Source: the human T2T-CHM13v2.0 reference genome, Homo sapiens
NCBI RefSeq assembly: GCF_009914755.1
Contig: NC_060927.1
DNA length: 64,000 bases
Direction: 5' to 3' (one strand)
The position numbers were made by a program, and so were the translations under genes. Positions 11,626-25,899 of this stretch are shown piece by piece (within the stretch, counting starts at the first letter, position 1; the number at the start of each line of letters is the position of its first letter). A model generated the notes under the pieces. That model did no database searches, was not told the origin of the DNA, and saw only the letters and a list, made by a program, of their open reading frames with translations.

Positions 11626-14600
11626 TCTTTTTGATTATAGCCATTCTAACAGGCTAGTCAGAATATCTCATTGTGGTTTTTATTTACATTTTCATGATGA
11701 TTAGTGATGCTGAGCATTTTTTCATATAACTGTTGGCTATTCGTATGTCTTCTTTTGAGCAACATCTATTCATATCCATAGCCCACTTCTAACAGGATTA
11801 TTTGTTTTTTATTGTTGAGAAGTTTGAGTTCCTTGTATATTTTGGATATTAGTCTCATGTTGGATGAAGACTTAGCAAATACTTTCTCCCATTCCATAGG
11901 TTCTCCCTTCATCTGTAGATTGTTTCCTTTGCTGCATAGAAGCTTTTTAGTTTAGTACAGTCCCAGTTATCTATTTTTGTTATGGTTATTTGTGTTTTTG
12001 AGGTCTTAGCCATAAAATCTTTAACTAAGCGAATATCTTAAAAGTATTTTTCCTATTTTTTTCTAGTAGTTTTATAGCATTGAGTCTTACATTTAAGTCT
12101 CTTATCTATTTTGAGTTGATTTTGTATATGGGGAGAGATAAGGGTCCAATTTCATTCTTCTGCATATGGATATATACAGTTTTCCCAGTAACTTTGATTG
12201 AAGAGAGTAGTTTCTCCCTACTGCATGTTTTTGGCACCTTTGTCAAAAATCAGTTGGCTGTAAGTACTTGAATATTTCTAGACTCTCTATTCTGTTACAT
12301 TGGTCTATGCATCTGTTTTTATGCCAGTGTCATGATGTTTGGGTTACTACAGCCTTGCAATATATTTTGGTGTCAGGTAGTGTGATGCTTCCAGCTTTGT
12401 TCTCTCTCTTTTCCTCAGGATTCCTTTGACTATTCACGCTCTTTTGGGGTCTATACAAATTTTCAGTTTGTTTTTGCTAATTCTGTGAGTAATAATGTCG
12501 GTATTTTTATTGGGATTGCGTTGAATTGCTAGACTGCTTTGGAACGTATAGTCATTTTAACAATATTAATTCTTCCAATCACTGAGCACAGGATGTCTTT
12601 TCATTTCTTTTTGTCCTCAATTTATTTTATTTGTGTTTTGTAGTTTTCCTTGTAGAGATCTTTTACCTCCTTGGTTACATTTATTCCTATGTAATTTTTA
12701 TAGATATTTTAAGTGGGATTGAATTCTTGATTACTTTCTCAACTAGTTCATAATTGGTATACAGAAACACTACTCAATTTTGTATGTTGATTTTATATCC
12801 TGCAACTTTACTGAATTTATTGATCAAATCTAAGAGTTGTTGGTGAAGTCTTCGGGTTTTTCTCGATATAAGATTATATGATCAGCAAAAAAAAAAAATT
12901 TACTTATTTTCCAATTTGAAAGCCTTTCATTTTTTTTTTCTTCCCCAATTGCTCCAGCAGTATGTTGAAAAGAAGTGGTGAAAACAGGCATTCTTGTCTT
13001 GTTCCAGATCTTAGAGGAAAGGCTTTCAGGTTTTTCCCATTCTGTACGATGTTAGCCCTGAGTTTGTCATGTATGACCTTTATTTTGTTGAGGTATGTTT
13101 CCTCTATGCCTAATTTGTTGACAGTTTCTCTTATGGAGGGAATAATTTTATAAAATGCTTTCTTTGCATCTATTGAGATGATCGTATCATTTTGGTCCTT
13201 CATATGGAAATCACATTTATTGTGTATGTGGAATCATCCTTGCATGCCTGGTATAAATCCCACTTGGTCATGGTGTATTAGCTTTTTAATTTGTTCTTGA
13301 ATTTGATTTGCTAGTATTTTCTTGAGGACTTTTGCATCTATGTTCATCAAGTATATTGTTCTGTAGTTTCATTTTTGTTGTTGTTGTATTCTTGTCTACT
13401 ATTGGTGTGAGGGTAATGCTGACCTCATACAATTTTTTAAGAAGAGTTTCCTGTCTTTAACAGTTTCAGGAGTATTGGTATTAGTTCTTCCTTTTATATT
13501 GGTAGAATTCAGCTGTGAATTCATCTGGTCCTGGGCTTTTCTTTGTTGGTAGACTTTTTATTACTATTCAATCTCACTACACAAAATTGGTCTGTTCGGG
13601 TTTTCTATTTCTTCTCATTTAATTTCAGCAGGTTGTATGTTTCCTGGAATTTATCCATTTTCTCTAGGTTTTCCAGTGTGTTAGTATATAGTTGTTTATA
13701 GTAGTCACTGATAATCTTTTCTGTTTCTCTGGTGCCAGTTGTAATGTCTCCTTTTCCATTTCTGAATTTTTTTATTTGGCTCTTCTTTTCTTGGTTAGTC
13801 TATCTAATGGTTTATCCATTTTGTTTATCTTTTCAAAAGATAAAATGCTCATTTCATTGTTTTTTATTGTTTTTCTGTCTTTATATTACTTGGTTTCTCT
13901 CTGATCTTATTTCTTTCCTTCTGCTAATTTTGCATTTCATTTGTTCTTGCTTTGCTAGTTCCTTGAGGTCCATTGTTAAGTTGTTTATTTGAAATATTTC
14001 TACTTTTCTGATGTAGGCATTTATTGGTATGAAATTTCCTCTTAGCATTGCTTTTTCTGTATCTCACAGGTTTTGGTATATTGTGTTTCCATTTTCATTT
14101 GTTTAGAGAAATTTTTGATCTGCATCTTAATTTCTTCATTGACCCAGTTATCATTTAGGAGCATGTTGCTTAATTTCTATGTATTTCTATAATTCTCAAG
14201 GTTCCTTTTAGTGTTGATGTCTAGTTTTATTCTATCGTGATTATGAGAGATATGCTATATGATTTCAATTTAAAAAAATTTTTTTGAGACTTCTTTTGTA
14301 ACCTACCATATGGTTTATCTTGGAGGATGTTTCATGTACTAATGACAAGAATGTATATTCTTCTGTGTTGCAGTATGATGTTCTGTAAATGTCTGTTAAG
14401 TCCATTTTGTCTGAAGTACAATTTAAATCCAATGATTCTTTGTTGGTTTTCTGTCTAGATGATCTGTCTAATGCAGAGAATGAGATGTTGAAGTCCCCCA
14501 CTATTATTGTACTGGAGTCTGTCTCTTTGGATTCAGTAATAATTGTTTTATGAATATGAGTACTCCAATTTCAGTGCATATATATTTAGAATTGCTGTGT

Positions 14601-15372
14601 CTTTTTCCTCTTCCTTTTCCTGCTATGTCCTTTTATCATTATGTAAGGATCTTCTTTGTTTTTGTTTTGTTTTAATTTTTTTCACTTAGTTTCTTTTATC
14701 TGATATAAGCATAGCTATGTGTGCTCATTTTGGTTTCTGTTTGTATGGAATACCTTTTTCCATCCCTTTTCTTTGAGTCTATATGTATCTTTACAAATAA
14801 AGTGTGATTCTTGTAGGCAGCATGTAGTTGGATCATGTTTCTTATCCATTCAGCCAGTCTGTGTATTGTAAGTGGAGAATTTAATCCATTTATAGTCAAG
14901 GTTATTTTTGATATGTGAAGTCTTGTTTGTGTGATATTGTTAATTGTTTTCTGGTTATTTTATATATTCTTTGTTCCTTTTTCTCCTCCTTCTGATTGTC
15001 ATTGTGGTTTGGTGGTTTTCTACAATGTTATCATCTGAGATTTTTTATCTTCCTAATTTATGTGTTTGGTTAACCAATAAGTTTTTTACTTTTGTGTGTT
15101 TTCATGATGGTAAGTGGCCTCTTTTAACAGGTTAAGGACTCCCTTGTGGATTTCTTGTAAGATCAGACTAGTAGAGATTAATTCCCTCACTTTGCTTCTC
15201 TGGGAAGGCTTTCTTTCTCCTTCATTTATGAAGAATAATTTGCAGTATATAGTATCCTCGTATGGCAGGTTTTCCTTTTCCTTTTTTTTTTCTTTCATCA
15301 TTTTGCATATGTCATCCCATTTCTTCCTGGCCTGTAAGGTTTATGCTGAGAAATCCACTCTTAGTCTGATGG

Positions 15373-15853
15373 TGAGGGAAGAGAGAGACCCTCTCATATT
15401 GTTTTATATTGTTTTATACTCAGTACCTGTTTTAAGGAAAAAAACAAGGAAGTGAAACCAAAGGCAGGCAGCCTGGCGCCAGGCCCGAAACCAGGCCTGG
15501 GCCTGCCTGGCCTAAACCTACTAGTTAAAATTCAACTCATGACTTAGCAACTGATGTTATCCATAGATTCCAGACATTGTATGTAAGAACATTGTGAAAC
15601 TCCCAGCTCTGTTCTGTTTCACTCTGACCACCAGTGCATGAAGCCCCTGTCACATACCCCCTAGATTGCTCAATCAATCACAACCCTTTCATGTGAAATC
15701 TTTAGTGTTGTGAGCCCTTAAAAGGGACAGAAATTTTGTACTCGGGGAGCTCAGATTTTAAGACAGTAGCTTGCTGATGCTCCCAGCTGAATAAAGCCCT
15801 TCCTTCTACAACTCGGTGTCTGAGGGGTTTTGTCTGCAGCTCGTCCTGCTACA
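15373..15853 (+). mobile_element. ERV1 solo LTR, LTR15-like (LTR2/HERV-E-related), 481 bp, inserted in L1 ORF1
   Basis: Start 'tgagggaagagagagaccctctcatattg', end 'ttttgtctgcagctcgtcctgctaca'; AATAAA near 15790; perfect 4-bp TSD ATGG (15369-15372 and 15854-15857). Confidence 0.9.
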
Positions 15854-17459
15854 ATGGTGGTTCCTTTACAGGTGATTAGATGCTTTTCTATTGCTAGCTT
15901 TAGAATCCTTTCTTTATCTTTGACTTTAGACCGTTTGACTATAATGTGCTGTGGTGAGGACCTTTTTGCATGTATCTGTTTGGAGATCATTGAGCATTCT
16001 GTATTTTAATGTCAAAGTCTCCTATTAGACTAAGAAAGTATTCATCCATTACTTTTTTCAATAGGTTTTCTAGCCCTTTTGCTCTCTCTTTGCACATAGG
16101 GGCACCAATAATTCAGCTGTTCAGTTGCTTTTTGTTTTCCCAAATGTCACAAAAGCTTTGCTTATTCATTTTATTATTTTTAAAAAATTTTGCCCAACTG
16201 TTTTACTCCAAAAGACCAGTCTCCAAGTTCTGAAATCCTTTCTTTTGCTAGACCTAGCAGTTGTTGAAGTTTTCTAATGTGTTTTGCATTTTGTTAAATA
16301 AAGTGTTCAGTTCCAGAATTTGTTTGGTTCTTTTTAAAAATATTTATATTTTTTGTAAATTTCTCATTTATAACTTGAATTGTTTTTCTGTTTTCTCTGT
16401 GTTGGTTTTTAGAATTCTCTTGTATCTTGTCTAGCTTTTTAAAAATCAATATTTTAAGTTCTGTGAATTTTGTGATTTCTTTTTGATTGAAGATACATTG
16501 CTACAGAATTATCTAGTGTTTCTTTGGAGGTATCATATTTCTTTGCTTTTTTGTGTATTCTGTGTCCTTACATTTATATCTATGCATTTGGTGTACCAGT
16601 CACTTCTTTCAATTTTTAAAATTTTGTTGCACTGGGGAGGATTTTTCCCTAAAGATGTACAGATATTGTTGGGTGGCTTGGACACTTTGGCTTTTATTGT
16701 GGGTGCATGCAGTAGAGTAGACTCTGTATGATTTATTTGGCTGTAAACAGTATCAGTGGTATCTGTGATTTCCTCAGTGGCTTAGGGTATGGTTATTAGA
16801 GAAGGCTGTGGTGAAGTTTTGCTGGGGACTAAGATGCCAGATGGGCCGATCTTCAGGCCCCAGTAGTAGCAGCATTGGGCTGAGCATGCCTGTCCTTGAG
16901 CCCCAGAGCAGTATGTACTGGCTTCCATGTTAGCAGGTATAGGTGGGCCAATTCTTGGGCCTCCAAGTGACTTCCTTGGATGATGGTAGTGGCAGTAGTG
17001 GAATGAGTGTATGGGCAAGTTCTCACATCCTTTGGTGTTGGGCGTGATGTGGGTGATGGTAGTAGCAGTGGTAGGACAACCTACTGGAACCCAAGTGGCT
17101 TATGCTGGTGGTGGCGGTGGCTGCAACAGGGTTGGACAGGCCAGTCCCCTGACCCACAGGGATGCATGTGAGTGAGTGCCAGCTATGGTGGCATTGGCAA
17201 GTTGGTTCAGACTGACCTCAGACTCCAAGAGAGATGTTCAAATGCCAACAGTGGTGGACTAAGCTGAGTGATCCTCAGGCCCCTGGATGGCATGATCAAG
17301 TACTGGTAGGATGAACTGGGCTGGTGAACTTGTCCTCAAGCTCTTTGGTAGTACATTCAGGCTCTGGCTGTAATAAGCAGAGGCAGGGTGGTCCCTGGGC
17401 CACTAGCATAATGCTCAGATGAGCAGTGAAGCAGCTGTGCTACATCACGGAGGGCAGAG

Positions 17460-18200
17460 GGACAATCTCATCGGCAGCACCATAGGTAGGCAGCTCTAGG
17501 AGGCATGGTTTGCTTGTGGCTCAGTCCCACAGCAGCCCACAGAAGTAGTGCTGGCATTTGTCCTCAGGGTATATGGATTTGCCCAACATTCCCTCTCCCT
17601 TATTGGCCCAGTAGCTGCAGTGGCATCATCAGCCCCAGGGCAGGACACATTTCTTTGAGGGCTGGGCTCTCAGAATGCTGCTAGCTGCAGGTCTGTCACC
17701 CAGGTGGGTGGGGCCACTCTCAGTCAGAGCAGCATAGGCAGGCAGCCACCAAGAGTGTGATTTCCTGGCCCCTCAGTCCCACAGCAGCCTGTAGGAGAGG
17801 TGATGAAATTTGTCTTCAGTGTGCATGAAAGTGCTCAGCTTCCTCTCTCCCTCTTTGGTCTGGTGGTGGCAGTGACAGTGGCAGCCCTCAAGCAGGATGC
17901 AGACCTGTGGGGGCTGAATTCTTAGAGAAGCGCCAGCTCTACCTTCAGGCTTGCCCTCTGGGATTTGAGGCAGGGGTGGAACTACTCTCCGTGGGAGTAG
18001 CATAGTCAGGCAGCTGTGGGGAGTACAGTTTGCTTGTGCCTTAGTTTCACAGCAGCCCACAGCAGCAGTGGTGAGATTTGTCCTTGGAGCGCATGAAAGT
18101 GCCTGGCCTCCCCTCTCCCACCTTGGCCTGGGGGTAAAGCAGCAGCTTCAGCCCCGGGGCAGGATGCAGTCCTTTGGATCCTGAGGTCTCAGAATGGCAC
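17460..18200 (-). repeat. Three diverged ~260-bp tandem units in the L1 5' UTR
   Basis: Anchor 'cacagcagcc' at 17528, 17780 and 18048, each followed by 'atttgtc', 'ctctcc', 'gcagga' in the same order. Confidence 0.8.
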
Positions 18201-19090
18201 CATGCAGGGAGTGCGCAGGGCTCTGAATCCTGTGGGTCTCTGTGTGAGTTCCCTCTCTAGAGCAATGTCTCTGTGCAATCTGAGGGCAGCTGCCTTTTTG
18301 TTAGTCACCTGCAAGGGTGGAGAGGCTCCCCTGGAGCTAGGACTGTAAAAGTCTGTGGCAAGAATGTGGAGCCCTGGTGTCTCTCACTTAAACTTTTTCC
18401 ACATTCAGGAAGTTCTCCTGGCTCCTAGACTAAGAAACTATATTTAATGTGTCTTGCATTTCACATCTGAGAAAGGTCCAAGGTCATTGAGTAATTTAGA
18501 TGAGAAAAACGGTGAATAAAATCAATCTTGACTTTCTCAATGTCAAATTACAAATTGCACAGCATCAAGCACACACTTTCCTTACACATAGTAGCTGCTT
18601 AATGAATATTTGGTTAAAGGAATGGTTATTGGATGATCTGAAAAACAATTTTGTTAATTTGTTTTATCTTCTTAGTCTGTGAAATCTTTGACCTAGATAG
18701 TTAACAAGTAGCAGAAAGGGATTTTTTTCTTCTCCCAGCAAGAAGTGATTTTTAAAATGTAGTCATATCACTTGCAGAATCAGGTTCATAATATCTCATA
18801 TGAATTTAGTCTGACACTAGGGAAATCTATCTTATTCCATCTTTTTTTCTAATGACTTGTGCATAAAACATTTTTCTTACAACTTTTTCAACACATAGTA
18901 TATAAGACATATTTCTTTGAGGTTTAGACTATCCACACATTCCCTTTCTCACTGCTGATAACCAATAAATTTCTATTATCTTATTTTTACTCATTGGAGA
19001 CTTTGGGGCCAGCTCACAACCTAATAGCTCATTTCTATTCTATCTCCTACAAATTTATGTTTTCATGTAGGTGTAATTTGATAATCTCAC

Positions 19091-19406
19091 TGCTATAGAC
19101 TGAATTTTTCTGTCCCCCCAAAATTCATATATTGAAATCCTAACCCCTAATGTGAAGGTATTTGGAGGTGGGGACTTCAGGGGTGGTTAGGTCATAAGAG
19201 TAGATCCCTCATGAATGGGATTAGTGTTCTTATAAAAGTGACCCTAGGGAGTCTCCTCACCCCTCCTGTATGTGAGATTATGGGAGAAGATGACTTCCTT
19301 TGAAGCTAGACCCTTGCCAGATTTTAAATCTGAGAGTACCTTGATCTTGACTTTTCATTATAAGCCACCCAGTTTATGGTTATAACAGCCCAAATGAACT
19401 AAAACA
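19091..19406 (+). mobile_element. MLT1A-type MaLR solo LTR
   Basis: 'tgctatagactgaat..cccccaaaattcatatattgaaatcctaacccc', 'aatgggattagtg..cttataaaag', end 'gaactaaaaca'. Confidence 0.88.
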
Positions 19407-20457
19407 TGTATTTCCGGACCTATTTAAACTTAGTGGCCATACCTGCCCTCTGCATCAATCTTCCAAACAGTGGCCATCATCATCTAGGGAGCTGTTCTAA
19501 CTCAAAATTTGAAACCCCTTGACTACTATTCATTTGCCTTTCCTTCTTTCCCAAACTTCATCCAATTTTCTTTACCAAAACTTTGACCTCATGGGGACCT
19601 TCAGTGCTCTGACCTCTCCATTTTATCCTCCTCTGTGATCCCTCTGTAATCCTTATAATCCTTCTATTTTATTTTAGCCTCTATTCTTTCCATATTCAGC
19701 CTTGGCCTCAAAGTTGATTACATGAACTATAAACCAATCTATAAGCCTATAAGCACACCTACATAGTTTTTTATTTATTTGTTCTTTTTTATTTTACTTA
19801 TTTTTTATGGCTACTCTATCTCCCTTCTCCTCCTCCTTCTCCTTTTCCTCCTCCTCCTCGTCCTCCTCCTCCTCCTGTTCACCTCCTCCTTATTCATCCT
19901 CCTAGCAAAACTGCAACAAAGGTGGCTAAGAGCTGCTAGAGAAATCACACAGCTAGACAGGGACTGCTATACGTTCATGGACTTCTATACATTCATTCTA
20001 TATATTCATGGCCTCCAACCTGAATAGGGTCCCAACAGGGTCTTCTCATTTCTAATCCTAGAAATATTATATAAATCTTACCTTAATGAATCTTCCTGCT
20101 TTTTTAACTACTAATTACTCTCTTTTTTTTTTTCAAATATTCTCTTCTAAGGTCTTTTGATATTACACTTGTTGAATTTTCTTTGTACCTTCCAACTCTT
20201 CTTTCTTTCCTTGGTAGACTTCTACTATACTATTCGTATCTTTAATGATAATATTTCTTGCTCCCTCAGTCCACTGCTCTACTCATTATATAGGGTTTCC
20301 CTGAGTAATCTCATTCTTTTTTTATATATTGGTAAGTCATAGATCTATATTTCCCACTCAGCTTTTCCCTTAAGTTTATGACTCATACATTCAGGAGCAT
20401 GCAGAATATTTATTTCTACCTAGTGGATCTAAAGTGTCTAAAATTTATCACTCTTTT

Positions 20458-20545
20458 CCTGGTTCCTCCACCAATACTCACCTAATGCTTCTAGCTGGTA
20501 ACCTGGTTCCTCCACCAACACTCACCCAATACTTCTAACTAGTAA
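20458..20545. repeat. 44-bp tandem duplication (2 copies, 5 transition differences)
   Basis: cctggttcctccaccaatactcacctaatgcttctagctggtaa / cctggttcctccaccaacactcacccaatacttctaactagtaa. Confidence 0.95.
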
Positions 20546-20630
20546 CATTTTTTGGCTAATTTTCTCCCTCATTTCCCATATACAAGAAATCACTAATTTC
20601 TGTTGAAATGTGCCATTAAATAATTCTCTA

Positions 20631-20948
<318 letters not shown>

Positions 20949-21394
20949 CTAATCTTAGTTTTCTTCATTTCTATTGTCTTTGTATTGACTTGGGCCTTTT
21001 TTTCCTCTGGCTTGGCTTCTGTAACTGCTATCTAATTATTACTTCTCTTGTCTTCTCTTTGTTCAGAATTTTCAAAATGACCTATGTAAAGGAGATTCTG
21101 ATCTATTGACTTTTCCTCCTAATACACTCCCTATGGAGTATGGGATCTAACATCATAATTTCCTTTCTAATCCTCAAGACTTCTTCCTCTCTTACTCTTG
21201 TCTTGTGCACTTAACAGAGATATACCAGAAGTATAAATATGTGCAACTGCATACCCTTTCTATCTCCCCTCCTTCTAGCAAATTCTGAATCAGCCTTTCT
21301 AATTAACATCAGAAATCACCTTATTCAGGAAGTCTTACTGGACTTATCTATGTCCTTGTCTCAGCCACATAAAATAGGTGCCAAATTTGGTACC

Positions 21395-21805
21395 TGATAA
21401 GGTTTGGATGTTTTGTCCTCTCCAAATCTTATGTTGAAATGTGACCTCCAATGTTGGAGGTGTACCTGGTGGGAGATGTTTAGGTGATGGAGTCGGATCC
21501 CTCAAGAATGGCCTGGTGTCTTCCCCATGGTAACAAGTGAGTAGTCACTCTGAATTTACATGAAATCTGGTTGTTAAAAGATCTTGGCATCTCTCTCTTG
21601 CTCCCTTTCTTGCCATGTGACATGCCTGCTCTCCATTCACCTTCCACCATGATTGTAAGCTTCCTGAGGCTTCACCAGAAGCAGATGCTGGTGTTATGCA
21701 TCCTGTATAGCCTGTAGAACCATGAGCCAAGATAAATATTTATTTTTCTTTATAAATTATCTAGTTTCAGGTATTCCTTTATAGTAATGCATGCAGACAA
21801 ACACA
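21395..21805 (+). mobile_element. MSTB-type MaLR solo LTR
   Basis: 'tgataaggtttggatg..ccaaatcttatgttgaaatg', 'ccatgattgtaagcttcctgaggc..ccagaagcagatgctgg', 'caggtattcctttatag'. Confidence 0.9.
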
Positions 21806-22044
21806 ATATCCACAAGGTCCTGGGTATAGCTGCATTTGTATAAATATCTATTTATGTCTATAGCACCGAGTAGAAAATTTTTCATTTGAAGGTAAGTACT
21901 GGGTTTTATTCATCTTTGTAGCTTCAGCACTTAGCTAAAATATTATTTATTGAAACATTTAGTACTTCTGTACATGCCAGTACTCTATCTGGACAGTTTA
22001 TTCAACTCTTCTCTCTGTGTGTATATCTTACCTATTTTGGTAGG

Positions 22045-22520
22045 TTGTGTTACTTACTGTTTTGGGCTGCCTGACACATTTTATTCCCCATCGTAAATCT
22101 TTTATTCCCAAGATTAAATGTGATTCAGGCCTGGCCAGTCATGGTGCTCCACTGTCCTGGACACAGTGCTTGATTCAGAGATGGATTTTCACTAAAGCAG
22201 AGCCCATCTGATTTTTTTCCTTGACTTGAGAAATCAGCGAGGCATTCTTTTCCACATGTACTGCTAAGTTGGAGAAATCTCAATGTGTGGCTGATGATAG
22301 CCATTTCCACCAGTCACGTAGAGGAAATCTGTTTGTAGGAAATATGAAACCCAAAAGCAGAAGGAAGCAGAGCTGAGAAATCATGAGAGCAAGCCCTGAT
22401 GATATTGTAGGATGGTAAAGTCAGCTGGGTCTGAAAGCACTCCTCCTTGGTTCTTCTCTGCTATATAAGCCTGCAAAGTACCTTACGATGATTGAGTTTT
22501 ATTACTGATACTTTACTGAG
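22045..22520 (+). mobile_element. Old MLT1J/K-like LTR
   Basis: 'caggcctggccagtca', 'cacagtgcttgattcagagatgg', 'aagcagagctgaga'. Confidence 0.55.
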
Positions 22521-22927
22521 AGCGGTTTTTAGAGCGTAATTTGAAGTATACCTTGACCCCTAGCCCTTCTCTAAACTCACTAGCCCACAATATATATAAT
22601 CCATTCTGGGCTGCATAGATCTATTTATCTATTTCCTTTTGGCATCTTATACATAATAACAGAGTCTTTCTCTCTCTCTCTCTCTCCCTCTCTCTCTCTG
22701 TCTTTTTTCTTCCCTCCATACACACTCATAGTACCAACTATATGCATACGTTTATACTCCTCCTTAATTTGGTTACTGTCTGTTCTAGAGATTCTATGTT
22801 TTAATTTTTTGGCATGTCCCAAAGTCCTAGGATATGTGATTTTTAAAAGACTATTTATTTTTAATGAATTAGTAACATTTATTGAATATCTGCTACATTT
22901 AAGTCAGTGTTGTAAGTGTTAAAAATA

Positions 22928-23401
22928 TTGGGGGTGGATTTTATGTATTTAATTTATGTCTGCCCAATGTTCCTGTCATTGGGGAACCACATATCTCCTG
23001 TTTCATTTTCCAGAGTCCATCTGCTCACTACATGTGATTCAAGCCTAGCTCGAAAGATAGGCAAGTGATGACTTAGGACACTGTCAATGGCATGAGACTT
23101 CTTTCCAAGCTATCAGAAGACCGCCTTCTTTTCCCACTGCTACTGCCAGGTATATGGTTAGCACTCGGAGGTAACCTTTAAGACAGTAAAGCAAGGCAGA
23201 GACAGGGACACAAGATCGAGATACAGAACCAGATCTCTTTCAAACTCCTAAATTCATCCAGGCCAGACGCTAGTTTATGTGCCTTGATATTCACTTTAAG
23301 TGAAACAAAACTTGTTTGTCTTATTTTTCTTATTCTTGATTAAAATAATTTGAGTTGTATCGCTCTTTTCATTTAAGACTGAAAGAGTTCTACTTAATAC
23401 A
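22928..23401 (+). mobile_element. Old MLT1K/L-like LTR
   Basis: 'tggggaaccac', 'ggcaagtga', end 'actgaaagagttctacttaataca'. Confidence 0.5.
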
Positions 23402-23607
23402 TATGGATGCCAAAATGAGGGAGCTAGAGCCCCTGTCCTCAGGGAAGTTTTAGATCATTGCCAGTGGAGAAGAAACACCTGTAGAGTGTGCTACAGTGCT
23501 GCATACAGCACAACACGTAAAATGAACAGCCCAGAAGAATTGTTACTTAGAATATAGAAACTATAGATTGATGTATAAGAGTTAGAGCTTAGACATGAAG
23601 AAACATG

Positions 23608-23835
23608 CTATATAATAAATATTTATATAATATATTAATCAGTAAAATAATAAATATTTATATAATAATAAATATAATGAATAATAAATTAATATAATTA
23701 TAATTGATATAATATATAATAATTATATAAATGATATCAATTAAAATTATAAATAATGTAATAATATAAATGCAATTATAATTAATATGTTAATTAAATT
23801 ATCATAAAATAATATTTATATAATATATTAAGTAA
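23608..23835. repeat. AT-rich low-complexity tract
   Basis: About 230 bp that are almost exclusively A/T. Confidence 0.9.
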
Positions 23836-25195
23836 AACCTAGAAACTTAAGAGCAAATTATCTGCTTTTCTTTCAAAAATCATTAAATTGCTTTTTCTAA
23901 GAGAATGGAATATAGAGAAAGAAACCTCTCATTACACAAAGTTTATTCATAATTTTAAGTGAGCTTGTCAATGTTGTAGATGCTAAGAAGATATGCAACA
24001 AAGACACTAAAATCAAGTAAATATCTCACCATGAGTCACCATTTCAGAAGAGACTATTTTTTGCCATAAATAAAGTTCCTTTAGGAAAAGAAAAGACACA
24101 AGGAACATCAGATGACCTTGCTATGTTTCTAAATTCAAGGAATTGATACCTTTATAAAATACACATAACTAGATTATGTGAAGGAAAAAACTGGATATAC
24201 ACTGGTCAGAGAGAGTTCACCCAAGTGGGTTTTGTTTGCGGTTTTCTTTATATAGCTTGAAAACAATAGCATCCCTGTAGAAAATATGTAGTGCTTAGTG
24301 CATATAGAGACAGGAATAGTCACAGCTAATTGTGAAGATGATGTAAGTCTGTCTGTTCTAAGTCAAACCTAAACTAACCGTCTTTCACTTCCTATCCCAA
24401 ATCTTTCTTTTTCTATATTCCCAATCTCAGAAAACAGCACCATGGTATATGAAGCACTAGAGCTGGAATCCTGAAAGCTACGTTCTAGCCTTCCATTTCT
24501 TTTCATCTCCATTTCTGCTTGCTAATTGTGCTTTTCTCACTTCAACACATCATCCTGAAAACAGAAAGCAGCATCTTTTTCACCATCCTCTTCTTTCAAT
24601 TCCTACTTCTATGGCCTCAACTCTGACATTGTCACCTCTCTTCTTTGTCTAACTCTACTGACAGAGAAAGAGACTTGCAAAAACAAAGATGGTTATTTGT
24701 GAGCTAGGCCAGAGAGTAAATAACAACAACAACAACAAAAATCACAAAAACAAAAATATCTGTCCTGAAATAAAATACCCAGGTCAAATTGGAAAAACCA
24801 GAAAAAAAAAAAGGTGTGGGGGGTGAGACTATGCTTTTGGTTCAGGGCTAAATGTGGAGGAGAGTTATAAAGAGGTGAGATTGAAAGTGGGAAGAAGGAA
24901 ACATATATTGGCCATCCCGTGAAGAAGGCGTATGTGAAGTGGCCTGGATCAATTCTGAGACAGTGTGGCAATACCTGTGGTGTTTGTTTTGTGGTCCATG
25001 TGCACAAGCATGATTGAGCCACATTTATTACAGTGGTCTGGATAGGGTAGACATTCAGAACCCTTGCAACGATCTCCCTACCTCCATCAAATTTTCCACA
25101 CTTACTGAACATATTTTCCCTCAGTTATCTGTTCTTATTTCTCTCCTACTTGAGACCTTTCAGTGACTTTTTAATGGCTGTTCTTGGCATGAACG

Positions 25196-25717
25196 TATAG
25201 GCGAAGAAAAATAATTCTTTCTTCAACTCTCACAGGTTCCAGTTGAAATGGAACCCTGTAGAAAAGATAAATCAACAAGAGAAAAACAAAAAGAAATATA
25301 TATATATGGAGAGAGATAGCCAGGGAATGAATAATTCTCAAAGAGGTAGCTTTGAAATTCAGCTTACATAACATCTTCAACAAAGAACAATAAATTTTTA
25401 GAGAAGTAATGACAAAGAAAAAGGATTTTCACTCTCTAGCAGTGGTAATTTTAAAAAGGCAAATAACTGGCAGAAAAACACTAATTAATAAGGTTTTTCA
25501 CAAGGGCAGTAAGAGTCTAAAGTTGTCTTCAGTGGTTAAGCTTTGCTCCCCTTGTAGAGGGGTGAGACAGGATATCTTCTGTCTTTGTAAATCTATGACC
25601 TGCTTTTAGGCAAAGAGAAGGAGGGCAGACAGCTTTCCTGCATTTGCTCCTTCTTAACTGTCTTCAGCTCAACAATCTTCCATATTTTGGAATACTTCCA
25701 TATTCTGATCTCCCACT
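25196..25717 (-). mobile_element. MER34-type (ERV1, MER4 group) solo LTR
   Basis: Reverse complement matches the MER34 start 'gggagatcagaatatg..ttgagctgaagacagttaagaaggagcaaatgcaggaaagctgtctgccctcc'. Confidence 0.8.
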
Positions 25718-25739
25718 AAAGCCATGCTAATGACTGTCA

Positions 25740-25895
<156 letters not shown>

Positions 25896-25899
25896 ATGT

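Larger units (their letters stand above)
10700..18427 (-). mobile_element. Near-full-length L1MA (L1MA2/3-like) LINE-1, dead
   Basis: T-rich tail and L1MA 3' UTR 'ggtacatgtgagtatttattacacacatag'; ORF2 fragments (IISIDAKKAFYKI, MGDFNISFSALDRSSRQK, TINGLNSPL); ORF1 fragment (RSSPQHIIVK..KERILK); GC-rich 5' UTR at ~16.7-18.4 kb. Confidence 0.93.
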
